Assembly (NCBI RefSeq): GCF_032444005.1
Contig: NC_091284.1
Location: forward strand, 3,162,001-3,226,000
From: Ranitomeya imitator
Lineage: Eukaryota
Direction: 5' to 3'
Length of the DNA: 64,000 bases
The position numbers and the translations under genes are program-made. This document shows, in pieces, positions 36,081 through 47,300 of this stretch (its first letter is position 1; each line of letters begins with the position of its first letter). A model generated the notes under the pieces. That model was not told the origin of the DNA, did no database searches, and saw nothing but the letters and a program-made list of their open reading frames with translations.

Positions 36081-36625
36081 GGTGAGGAGACCCTAGGACA
36101 GGGTAGGGCAGGTTATGCGGCGGTTCAGTAACTTCAGGATCACTGCAGGTTGTAGGCTTTTCGGAAGAGGTGGGTCTTCAGGTTCTTTTTGAAGGTTTCG
36201 ATGGTAGGTGAGAGTCTGATGTGTTGTGGTAGAGGGTTCCAGAGTAGGGGGGGAAGCATGGGAGAAATCTTGTATATTGTGGGAAGAGGAGATAAGAGGG
36301 GAGTAGAGAAGGAGATCTTGTGAGGATCGGAGGTAAGTACCGGGAGACAATGTATGGAGGAGACAGGTTGTGGATGGCTTTGTATGTCATGGTTAGGCTT
36401 TTGAACTGGAGTCTCTGGACGATAGGAAGCCAGTGAAGGGTTTGGCATAGGGGAGAGGCTTGAGAATAGCGGGGGGGGGGGGACAGATTAGTCAGGCAGC
36501 AGAGTGTAGGATGGATTGGAGTGGTGCCAGAGTGTAGAGGGGGAGGTCAGAGAGTAGGAGGTTACAGTAGCCAAGGCGGGAGATGATAAGGGCATGGACT
36601 AGGGTTTTTGTGGTTTCTTTGTCGA

Positions 36626-37250
36626 GGCTTAAATGCAAAATGCTTTGTGTGGTGAAAAACTAACACTGCACATCACTCTGAAAACACCATCCCCACCATC
36701 ACACATGGTAGCAGCATCATGCTGTGGGGAGGCTTTTCTTCAGAAGGGGCAGGGAAGCTGGTCAGAGGTGACAGAAAGATGGATGGATAAATACAGGACA
36801 ATCCTGGAGGAAAACCTGTCAGAGACTGCAGAAGACCTGAGACCGGGGCGTAGGTTCATCTTCCAGCAGGACAACGACCCTCAACATCCTGCTAGAGATA
36901 CAATGGAGGGTTTAGATCAGAGCATATTCCTGTGTGTGAATAGTCACCATCCAGACCCAAATCCCAGAGAATCTGAGACATGAAAATTACTGATAACAGA
37001 CATCTCCATCCAACCTCACTGAGAGCGAGGGGGCAAAGGAGAAAAAAAAGTCCCCCCTAGACATGGAAAGAAAGCTGGGACAGACCCCAAAAGATTGCAG
37101 AGAAAGGTGGAGACAGACCCCAAAAGACTGCAGAGAAAGGAGAGACAGACCCCAAAAGACTGCAGAGAAACGTGGTCCTACTCAGTGCTGACTCTGGGGT
37201 GAAGACTAATGCACGGCACAAATCTCAGATTTATAGTTTTACAATAATTA
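36626..37250 (+). mobile_element. Tc1 transposase remnant, right half
   Basis: LNAKCFVW.KTNTAHH..NTIPT..HG...IMLW; YRTILEENL..TAEDLRPGRRFIFQQDNDPQH. Decayed 3' end with three ~30-bp microduplications (37075-37170). Confidence 0.85.
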
Positions 37251-37529
37251 TAGCACCTCGTATCATTTCCTCGTATTCAATGGTGGTGCGAACGTCAGTG
37301 TTTCCATGGACCATGAGAAAAACCTGCAGACATGTCCGTCTTTTATCAGCAGCACAGACAAACTGCGTGTCGCACACTGATGACGTCCGTGTGACCGGTA
37401 CCTTGGAAAAGCCGCACAGTTTACGCTGTTCCCAGGCGCTGTCGGCTGAAGGCAACTCTCATCAGTGCGACCAGGAGACAATGATGGGAGTTGTATTCAG
37501 CACCTGCTGTGTCCATCCTGGGTAAAAGA

Positions 37530-37920
37530 ATTAAATTAAAATAACGGCACGGGCTCCCGTGTAATTTTCATAACCAGCAGAGGGAAAACTGACGGCTGGG
37601 GGCAGATGTTAATAATCTAGGGCAAGGGACAATATCCCATAAGGTTCCCAGGATATCAATAACAGCTTGCAGCTGTCTGCTTCGCCTTTACTGGTGAATT
37701 CACGAGGGTCCCTCCATGAATTCACACCAGCAATGGCTAAACAGACAGCTCTGGGTGGTTATCAATAGCCTGGGAAGGAGTTCTGGATAATGGCTCCTCC
37801 CGATGCTACCAACATCAGCTCTCGGCTACCCCAGAAAAGGCGCATCCATAAAATGTGCACAACCTGGAGCTGAACCTGGCGCTGAACCTCGCTCTTCTCA
37901 CTTGCCCTGTGGCAAAATCC
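37530..37920 (+). repeat. Dispersed repeat, same family as 53690-54250
   Basis: Shared motifs CCCAGAAAAGGCRCATC and CACTTGCCCTGT in both copies; family not identified. Confidence 0.5.
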
Positions 37921-38229
37921 CAATTTTTACTTCTTATAAAACAGGATCCGACTCTGTCCTCGTTTCTACCCGATAAACGTGGAGAAACATTGTGACATGT
38001 TAGTGTATAGTCATCACAGATCAGCTCCTTCCACGGTCCCTGGTGGGGATGCCGGAGTTCTGAGAACAGTGTGTACATGTGTCCAGAAATGGATCCATTC
38101 CGACACCGGAAGTGATCCAGATCACAAGATCCTTCACTTTGAACATACTTCATTATTTACGTGGCCACCGGCCCTTGTGGATTGTACGATGTGTACATGA
38201 CGCCAGATATATAGTACGGATCCTGCAGC

Positions 38230-39535
38230 TTGTCACGATAATATAAATATGCCATATTATGAGTATAGTTCTAGAAGGTTCCATGGCACACACACGCTGC
38301 AGATTCAACCCCCCTCCTTTCTTCCCCCACTGCATTCGCTGATACAAAAGCAAAGCCCTATAGCAGACACACGCTGTGGGCTCTCTGACCCCCCTCTTCA
38401 CTCTGCCTGTCGCCTCTGTGAAATTCTAAACCCCTCGTCGCCCCACCCGCCTGATACCAGCTATAAATGGTACAGCAGCTTTCAGACCGCATGGGACTTC
38501 TTTGTTCTTGGAAAGTTACATATATTGGCACCGATCAGGGATAGAGATATAAAAGTTACATATTCCGGATGTTCACCGAGAGATCTAGAACTCACTGAAA
38601 TCTAAGGATCTAAGCCCAACGAAATGCAAGGAACGGATTTCTACGTAAGTGGGTCATATATCCACTGTGTGTTTATACTTAAATGAACCCCCATGTCGTG
38701 GTGAGCATAATATCTTTGCCTTTCTTCTACGAGGTTCGTACGCTGAGATATGTGTAGAGATTTTTTTTTTCACATCTTCAAGAAAGGGGAGTATTCATCC
38801 ACCCAGTGAGGTCACCACAGGGGGAGGGCCTTGGCTTTGGGCACAAGTGTAAGATAGTGAGACTTCATTTTGCAGTAGCTTTTGTCCAGGAGGCTAGCTG
38901 CGAGACACATCTGTAATGCATCTTGAAGTATCACCCGTCCCGAGCACCGCGTGGTCGGCTATGAAAGAACTGTAAGTGTTTTTCTTCCTTTAATCACTTT
39001 TATTTTCGTAATTGTTTGTACATAGGATATTTGTCTCATTTTATAATATCTTGTTCCACTTTTGTAAACACTGCCTACCTTTTGGAGTAAAATATATAAA
39101 TTACTAGCTTTGTTTCCCCTTGCTCTATAACGTACCGTTACGTCCTCTGAAGTTAATTGCGCTACTAATTGGGTTGGCTGCTGACCCATTATTGATTTAG
39201 GAATAGGGGCTGGTGGCAGCGAACCGTACTGAGCTTGTTGAGTAAAGCTGGCAGCGACGGAACGGGGTTTATAAGTGTATTGCTTGGCTGCGGCTGGGAG
39301 TAGTTATATCGCCCTCGCTGCAGTGTGCCAATTAGCCAGTACATAGCAGGCAGCCTTTCTGGCGACTAATTATCCTAGGTGCAGTACCTAGTCTGACCTG
39401 AGGGTAAGGGGGCGCCAGAGAGCTGCAAGTTCCAAACCAGAACTGTGAAGTGGGATATAGATAAATCCCCTTCAGAAAAGAACTGGGGCAACCAAACAAC
39501 TCCGGTTCATGGCATATTTGTGTCAGCGGTGGGAT
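38230..39535 (+). mobile_element. Possible solitary or 5' LTR of a Gypsy-like element followed by a tRNA-Leu-like PBS
   Basis: CAGCGGTGGGAT (39524-39535) and TGGTGGCAGCG (39211-39221) each match part of the TGGTGGCAGCGGTGGGAT tRNA-Leu PBS. No second LTR or pol is in the window, and the boundaries are uncertain. Confidence 0.3.
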
Positions 39536-39594
39536 GATAAATATATCCCCCTGTGATGTGTGACACAGCTTGTTAAGGATATTAAAGGATGAAC

Positions 39595-41615
39595 TCGACG
39601 CCATTATTGAACCCAACACCATTAATGAACCCGATGCCATTAATGAACCCGGCGCCACTTATGATCCCGACACCACTGGTGATCCCGATGCCATTAATGA
39701 ACCCAACACCATTAATGAACCCGATGCCACTGATGATCCCGACGCCATTAATGAACCCGACACCACTTATGATCCCGACGCCACTGATGATCCCGATACC
39801 ACTGATGATCCCGATACCACTGGTGAACCCGACGCCATTAATGAACCCAACACCATTAATGAACCCGATGCCACTTATGATCCCGACGCCATTAATCAAC
39901 CCAACGCCACTAATGAACCTGACGCCACTGATGAACCCGACAACACTGATGAACCCGACAACACTGATGAACCCGACGCCACTGATGAACCCGACAACAC
40001 TGATGAACCCGACGCCACTGATGATCCCGACGCCACTGATGATCCCGAAGCCACTGATGAACCCGACAAAACTGATGATCCCGACAAAACTGATGAACCC
40101 GACAACACTGATGAACCCGACAACATTGATGAACCCGACAACACTGATGATCCTGATAAAACTGATGAACCCGACAACACTGATGAACCCGACGCCACTG
40201 ATGATCCCGACGCCACTGATGATCCCGAAGCCACTGATGATCCCGAAGCCACTGATGATCCCGACGCCACTGATGAACCCGACAAAACTGATGATCCCGA
40301 CAAAACTGATGAACCCGACAACACTGATGATCCCGATAAAACTGATGAACCCGACACCACTTATGATCCCGACGCCACTGATGATCCCGATACCACTGAT
40401 GATCCCGATACCACTGGTGAACCCGACGCCATTAATGAACCCAACACCATTAATGAACCCGATGCCACTTATGATCCCGACGCCATTAATCAACCCAACG
40501 CCACTAATGAACCCGACGCCACTGATGAACCCGACAACACTGATGAACCCGACAACACTGATGAACCCGACGCCACTGATGAACCCGACAACACTGATGA
40601 ACCCGACGCCACTGATGATCCCGACGCCACTGATGATCCCGAAGCCACTGATGAACCCGACAAAACTGATGATCCCGACAAAACTGATGAACCCGACAAC
40701 ACTGATGAACCCGACAACATTGATGAACCCGACAACACTGATGATCCTGATAAAACTGATGAACCCGACAACACTGATGAACCCGACAACACTGATGAAC
40801 CCGACGCCACTGATGATCCCGACGCCACTGATGAACCCGACAACACTGATGAACCCGACGCCACTGATGATCCCGACGCCACTGATGATCCCGAAGCCAC
40901 TGATGAACCCGACAAAACTGATGATCCCGACAAAACTGATGAACCCGACAACACTGATGAACCCGACAACATTGATGAACCCGACAACACTGATGATCCT
41001 GATAAAACTGATGAACCCGACAACACTGATGAACCCGACAACACTGATGAACCCGACGCCACTGATGATCCCGACGCCACTGATGATCCCGAAGCCACTG
41101 ATGATCCCGAAGCCACTGATGATCCCGACGCCACTGATGAACCCGACAAAACTGATGATCCCGACAAAACTGATGAACCCGACAACACTGATGAACCCGA
41201 CAACATTGATGAACCCGACAACACTGATGATCCCGATAAAACTGATGAACCCGACAACACTGATGAACCCGACAACACTGATGATCCCGACGCCACTGAT
41301 GAACCCGACAAAACTGATGATCCCGACAAAACTGATGAACCCGACAACACTGATGATCCCGACAACACTTATGATCCCGACAACACTTATGATCCCGACA
41401 AAACTGATGCACCCGACGCCACTGATGCACCCGACGCCACTGATGCACCCAATGCCACTGATCCCGACAACACTGATGCACACGACGCCACCGATGATCC
41501 CGACGCCGCCGATGATCCCGACAACACTGATGATCCCGACAACACTGATGATCCCGACGCCACTGATACACCCGACGCCACTGATACACCCGACGCCACT
41601 GATGAACCCGACGCC
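39595..41615. repeat. 18-bp minisatellite (ACTGATGAACCCGACAAC) with 594-bp higher-order duplication
   Basis: The marker CCGACACCACTTAT recurs at 39757 and 40351 (33 x 18 bp). Two + frames are stop-free for ~2 kb. Confidence 0.96.
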
Positions 41616-41939
41616 GTTGCAGAGTTAAAGTGAACCAGTCAGCAGGATTTTGATAAGTAAACTACAGGAACTGTTATACTGAGTAAAATGATACCTGGGG
41701 TGAAGAAATCGGTCTTGTGGTTCTTGTGTAATCAGTGTTAGAAGTTTTCAGTTAATAAGATGCTCGTGCTCCGGGGCGGGGCTGTCTTATCATCCTGCTC
41801 TCTAGGCCAGAGGGACCAAGGAGAGACCAAGGAGAGACCTGTCCAAAGGCCGACCCGAAGCACAAACAGTCTATCTCTATGATGAGGAACATATTTGTGC
41901 TTTGGGGCAGGTCTTTACTTGGTTTCAAAAATTGGAGGC

Positions 41940-43080
41940 GCAAGAGCCCAGATCACAAGATCTGGGGCCACAAGAGTCAGGGGGCACAAGTGCTGAGATC
42001 ACAAGAGTCCGGACCACAAAAGCCAAGATCATAAGAGCAGGGATCATAAGAGCCAGGGGCACAAGTCGGGATTACAAGAGCCCAGATCACAAGAACCAGG
42101 GGCACAAGAGCAGGGATCACAAGATCTGGGGCCACAAGAGTCAGGGGCACAAGAGCAGGGATCACTAGAGCTAGGGGCAGAAGAGCTAACATCGTAAGAG
42201 CAGAGATTATAAGAGCAGAGATTATAAGAGCAGAGATTATAAGAGCAGAGATTATAAGAGCAGAGATTATAAGAGCAGAGATTATAAGAGCAGAGATTAT
42301 AAGAGCCAGGGGCACAAGTCGGGATTACAAGAGCCCAGATCACAAGAACCAGGGGCACAAGAGCAGGGATCACAAGATCTGGGGCCACAAGAGTCAGGGG
42401 CACAAGAGCAGGGATCACTAGAGCTAGGGGCAGAAGAGCTAACATCGTAAGAGCAGAGATTATAAGAGCAGAGATTATAAGAGCAGAGATTATAAGAGCA
42501 GAGATTATAAGAGCAGAGATTATAAGAGCAGAGATTATAAGAGCAGAGATTATAAGAGCCAGGGGCACAAGTCGGGATTACAAGAGCCCAGATCACAAGA
42601 ACCAGGGGCACAAGAGCAGGGATCACAAGATCTGGGGCCACAAGAGTCAGGGGCACAAGAGCAGGGATCACTAGAGCTAGGGGCAGAAGAGCTAACATCG
42701 TAAGAGCAGAGATTATAAGAGCAGAGATTATAAGAGCAGAGATTATAAGAGCAGAGATTATAAGAGCAGAGATTATAAGAGCAGAGATTATAAGAGCAGA
42801 GATTATAAAAGCAGAGATTATAAGAGCAGAGATTATAAGAGCAGAGATTATAAAAGCAGAGATTATAAGAGCAGAGATTATAAGAGCAGAGATTATAAGA
42901 GCAGAGATTATAAAAGCAGAGATTATAAGAGCAGAGATTATAAGAGCAGAGATTATAAGAGCAGAGATTATAAAAGCAGGGATCACAAGAACCAGGGGAA
43001 CAAGAGCCGGAATCACAACACAAGAACCAGTGGCACAAGAGCCGGGGGCACAAGATCTGGGGCCAGAAAAACCAGTGAGC
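41940..43080. repeat. 15-bp-based composite array (AGAGCAGAGATTATA) with 253-bp higher-order unit
   Basis: The marker ATCGTAAGAGC recurs at ~42191, ~42444 and ~42697. Confidence 0.94.
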
Positions 43081-43106
43081 ACAACATCCGGGGGCACAAG
43101 AGAATG

Positions 43107-44337
43107 ACGTACGCGGCACATCCTGGGGTACGCGGCACATCCTAAGGTACGCGGCACATCCTAAGGTACGCGGCACATCCTAAGGTATGTCGCACATCCT
43201 GGGGTACGCGGCACATCCTGGGGTACGCGGCACATCCTAACGTACGCGGCACATCCTGGGGTACGCGGCACATCCTAAGGTACGCGGCACATCCTGGGGT
43301 ACGCGGCACATCCTAACGTACGCGGCACATCCTAAGGTACGCGGCACATCCTGGGGTACGCGGCACATCCTGGGGTACGCGGCACATCCTGGGGTACGCG
43401 GCACATCCTAAGGTACGCGGCACATCCTGGGGTACGCGGCACATCCTAACGTACGCGGCACATCCTGGGGTACGCGGCACATCCTGGGGTACGCGGCACA
43501 TCCTGGGGTACGCGGCACATCCTGGGGTACGCGGCACATCCTGGGGTACGCGGCACATCCTGGGGTACGCGGCACATCCTAACGTACGCGGCACATCCTA
43601 AGGTACGCGGCACATCCTGGGGTACGCGGCACATCCTAACGTACGCGGCACATCCTGGGGTACGCGGCACATCCTAAGGTACGCGGCACATCCTGGGGTA
43701 CGCGGCACATCCTAACGTACGCGGCACATCCTAAGGTACGCGGCACATCCTGGGGTACGCGGCACATCCTGGGGTACGCGGCACATCCTGGGGTACGCGG
43801 CACATCCTAAGGTACGCGGCACATCCTGGGGTACGCGGCACATCCTAACGTACGCGGCACATCCTGGGGTACGCGGCACATCCTGGGGTACGCGGCACAT
43901 CCTGGGGTACGCGGCACATCCTGGGGTACGCGGCACATCCTGGGGTACGCGGCACATCCTGGGGTACGCGGCACATCCTAACGTACGCGGCACATCCTAA
44001 GGTACGCGGCACATCCTGGGGTACGCGGCACATCCTGGGGTACGCGGCACATCCTGGGGTACGCGGCACATCCTAAGGTACGCGGCACATCCTAACGTAC
44101 GCGGCACATCCTAAGGTACGCGGCACATCCTGGGGTACGCGGCACATCCTGGGGTACGCGGCACATCCTGGGGTACGCGGCACATCCTGGGGTACGCGGC
44201 ACATCCTGGGGTACGCGGCACATCCTAAGGTACGCGGCACATCCTAAGGTACGCGGCACATCCTGGGGTACGCGGCACATCCTGGGGTACGCGGCACATC
44301 CTAAGGTACGCGGCACATCCTAAGGTACGCGGCACAT
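43107..44337. repeat. 19-bp CpG-rich minisatellite (GTACGCGGCACATCCTGGG / ...CCTAAG / ...CCTAAC)
   Basis: Direct periodicity. A 399-bp (21-unit) block duplication is reflected in near-identical ORF-track entries 43313/43712. Confidence 0.97.
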
Positions 44338-44339
44338 GG

Positions 44340-47300
44340 ACATCAGGATCCAGCAGAGCATCGCACCCCGGGGGCATCGGGACCCAGCAGAGCATCGCAC
44401 CTCGGGGGCATCAGGACCCTGCAGAGCATCGCACCCCGGGGGCATCGGGACCCTGCAGAGCATCGCACCCCGGGGGCATCGGGACCCTGCAGAGCATCGC
44501 ACCCCGGGGGCATCGGGACCCTGCAGAGCATCGCACCCCGGGGGCATCGGGACCCTGCAGAGCATCGCACCCCGGGGGCATCGGGACCCTGCAGAGCATC
44601 GCACCCCCGGGGCATCGGGACCCTGCAGAGCATCGCACCCCGGGGGCATCAGGGACCCTGCAGAGCATCGCACCCCGGAGGCATCGGGACCCTGCAGAGC
44701 ATCGCACCCCGGGGACATCGGGACCCTGCAGAGCATCCCACCCCGGGGGCATCGGGACCCTGCAGAGCATCGCACCCCCGGGGGCATCAGGGACCCTGCA
44801 GAGCATCGCACCCCGGAGGCATCGGGACTCTGCAGAGCATCGCACCCCGGGGACATCGGGACCCTGCAGAGCATCCCACCCCGGGGGCATCGGGACCCTG
44901 CAGAGCATCGCACCCCCGGGGGCATCAGGGACCCTGCAGAGCATCGCACCCCGGAGGCATCGGGACTCTGCAGAGCATCGCACCCCGGGGACATCGGGAC
45001 CCTGCAGAGCATCGCACCCCGGGGGCATCGGGACCCTGCAGAGCATCGCACCCCGGGGCATCAGGGACCCTGCAGAGCATCGCACCCCGGGGGCATCGGG
45101 ACCCTGCAGAGCATCGCACCCCGGGGGCATCGGGACCCTGCAGAGCATCGCACCCCGGGGGCATCAGGGACCCTGCAGAGCATCGCACCCCGGGGGCATC
45201 GGGACCCTGCAGAGCATCGCACCCCGGGGGCATCAGGGACCCTGCAGAGCATCGCACCCCGGGGGCATCAGGGACCCTGCAGAGCATCGCACCCCGGAGG
45301 CATCGGGACTCTGCAGAGCATCGCACCCCGAGGGCATCGGGACCCTGCAGAGCATCGCACCCCGGGGGCATCGGGACCCTGCAGAGCATCGCACCCCCGG
45401 GGCATCGGGACCCTGCAGAGCATCGCACCCCGGGGGCATCGGGACCCTGCAGAGCATCGCACCCCGGGGGCATCGGGACCCTGAAGAGCATCGCACCCCG
45501 GGGGCATCGGGCCTCTGCAGAGCATCGCACCCCGAGGGCATCGGGACCCAGCAGAGCATCGGACCCCGGGGACATCGGGACTCTGCAGAGCATCGCACCC
45601 CCGCGGCATCGGGACCCTGCAGAGCATCGCACCCCCGGGACATCAGGGACCCTGCAGAGCATCGCACCCCGGAGGCATCGGGACTCTGCAGAGCATCGCA
45701 CCCCGGAAGCATCGGGACTCTGCAGAGCATCGCACCCCGGGGACATCGGGACCCTGCAGAGCATCGCACCCCGGGGGCATCGGGACCCTGCAGAGCATCG
45801 CACCCAGGGGCATCAGGGACCCTGCAGAGCATCGCACCCCGGGGGCATCGGGACCCTGCAGAGCATCGCACCCCGGGGGCATCGGGACCCTGCAGAGCAT
45901 CGCACCCCGGGGGCATCGGGACCCTGCAGAGCATCGCACCCGGGGGCATCGGGACCCTGCAGAGCATCGCACCCCGGGGGCATCAGGGACCCTGCAGAGC
46001 ATCGCACCCCGGGGGCATCAGGGACCCTGCAGAGCATCGCACCCCGGGGGCATCAGGGACCCTGCAGAGCATCGCACCCCGGGGGCATCAGGGACCCTGC
46101 AGAGCATCGCACCCCGGGGGCATCAGGGACCCTGCAGAGCATCGCACCCCGGGGGCATCAGGGACCCTGCAGAGCATCGCACCCCGGGGGCATCAGGGAC
46201 CCTGCAGAGCATCGCACCCCGGGGGCATCGGGACCCTGCAGAGCATCGCACCCCGGGGGCATCGGGACTCTGCAGAGCATCGCACCCCGGGGCATCGGGA
46301 CCCTGCAGAGCATCGCACCCCGGGGCATCAGGACTCTGCAGAGCATCGCACCCCGGGGGCATCAGGGACCCTGCAGAGCATCGCACCCGGGGCATCGGGA
46401 CCCTGCAGAGCATCGCACCCCGGGGGCATTGGGACCCTGCAGAGCATCGCACCCCGGGGGCATCAGGACCCTGCAGAGCATCGCACCCCGGGGGCATCGG
46501 GACCCTGCAGAGCATCGCACCCCGGGGGCATCGGGACCCTGCAGAGCATCGCACCCCGGGGGCATCAGGGACCCTGCAGAGCATCGCACCCCGGGGGCAT
46601 CGGGACCCTGCAGAGCATCGCACCCCGGGGGCATCGAGACCCTGCAGAGCATCGCACCCCGGGGGCATCGAGACCCTGCAGAGCATCGCACCCCGGGGGC
46701 ATCGGGACTCTGCAGAGCATCGCACCCCGGGGCATCGGGACCCTGCAGAGCATCGCACCCCGGGGGCATCGGGACCCTGCAGAGCATCGCACCCCGGGGG
46801 CATCGGGACCCTGCAGAGCATCGCACCCCGGGGGCATCGGGACCCTGCAGAGCATCGCACCCCGGGGCATCGAGACCCTGCAGAGCATCGCACCCCGGGG
46901 GCATCGAGACCCTGCAGAGCATCGCACCCCGGGGGCATCGGGACTCTGCAGAGCATCGCACCCCGGGGCATCGGGACCCTGCAGAGCATCGCACCCCGGG
47001 GCATCAGGACCCTGCAGAGCATCGCACCCCCGGGGGCATCGGGACCCTGCAGAGCATCGCACCCCGGGGGCATCGGGACCCTGCAGAGCATCGCACCCCG
47101 GGGGCATCGGGACCCTGCAGAGCATCGCACCCCGGGGGCATCGGGACCCTGCAGAGCATCGCACCCTGGGGGCATCAGGGACCCTGCAGAGCATCGCACC
47201 CCGGGGGCATCGGGACCCTGCAGAGCATCGCACCCCGGGGGCATCAGGGACCCTGCAGAGCATCGCACCCCGGGGGCATCAGGGACCCTGCAGAGCATCG

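Larger units (their letters stand above)
29410..36625 (-). mobile_element. 5'-truncated L2-clade LINE (RT C-terminus, 60-bp 3'-UTR VNTR, stem-loop and (TAA)n tail), interrupted by the Gypsy element
   Basis: The minus strand encodes TKTLVHALIISRLGYCNLLL, YKAIHNLSPPY and LWNPLPQHIRLSPTIETFKKNLKTHLFRKAYNLQ* (36093-36620). The tail with the AGCGCCAT-loop-ATGGCGCT hairpin is at 29429-29451. Confidence 0.88.

Noticed and set aside
39211-39535. tRNA gene
   Set aside because: Only short matches to the complement of a tRNA-Leu 3' end (PBS-like); no cloverleaf or A/B boxes.
39595-41615. Hammerhead ribozyme cores (many CTGATGA)
   Set aside because: No downstream GAAA with flanking stems; CTGATGA is simply part of the 18-bp unit.
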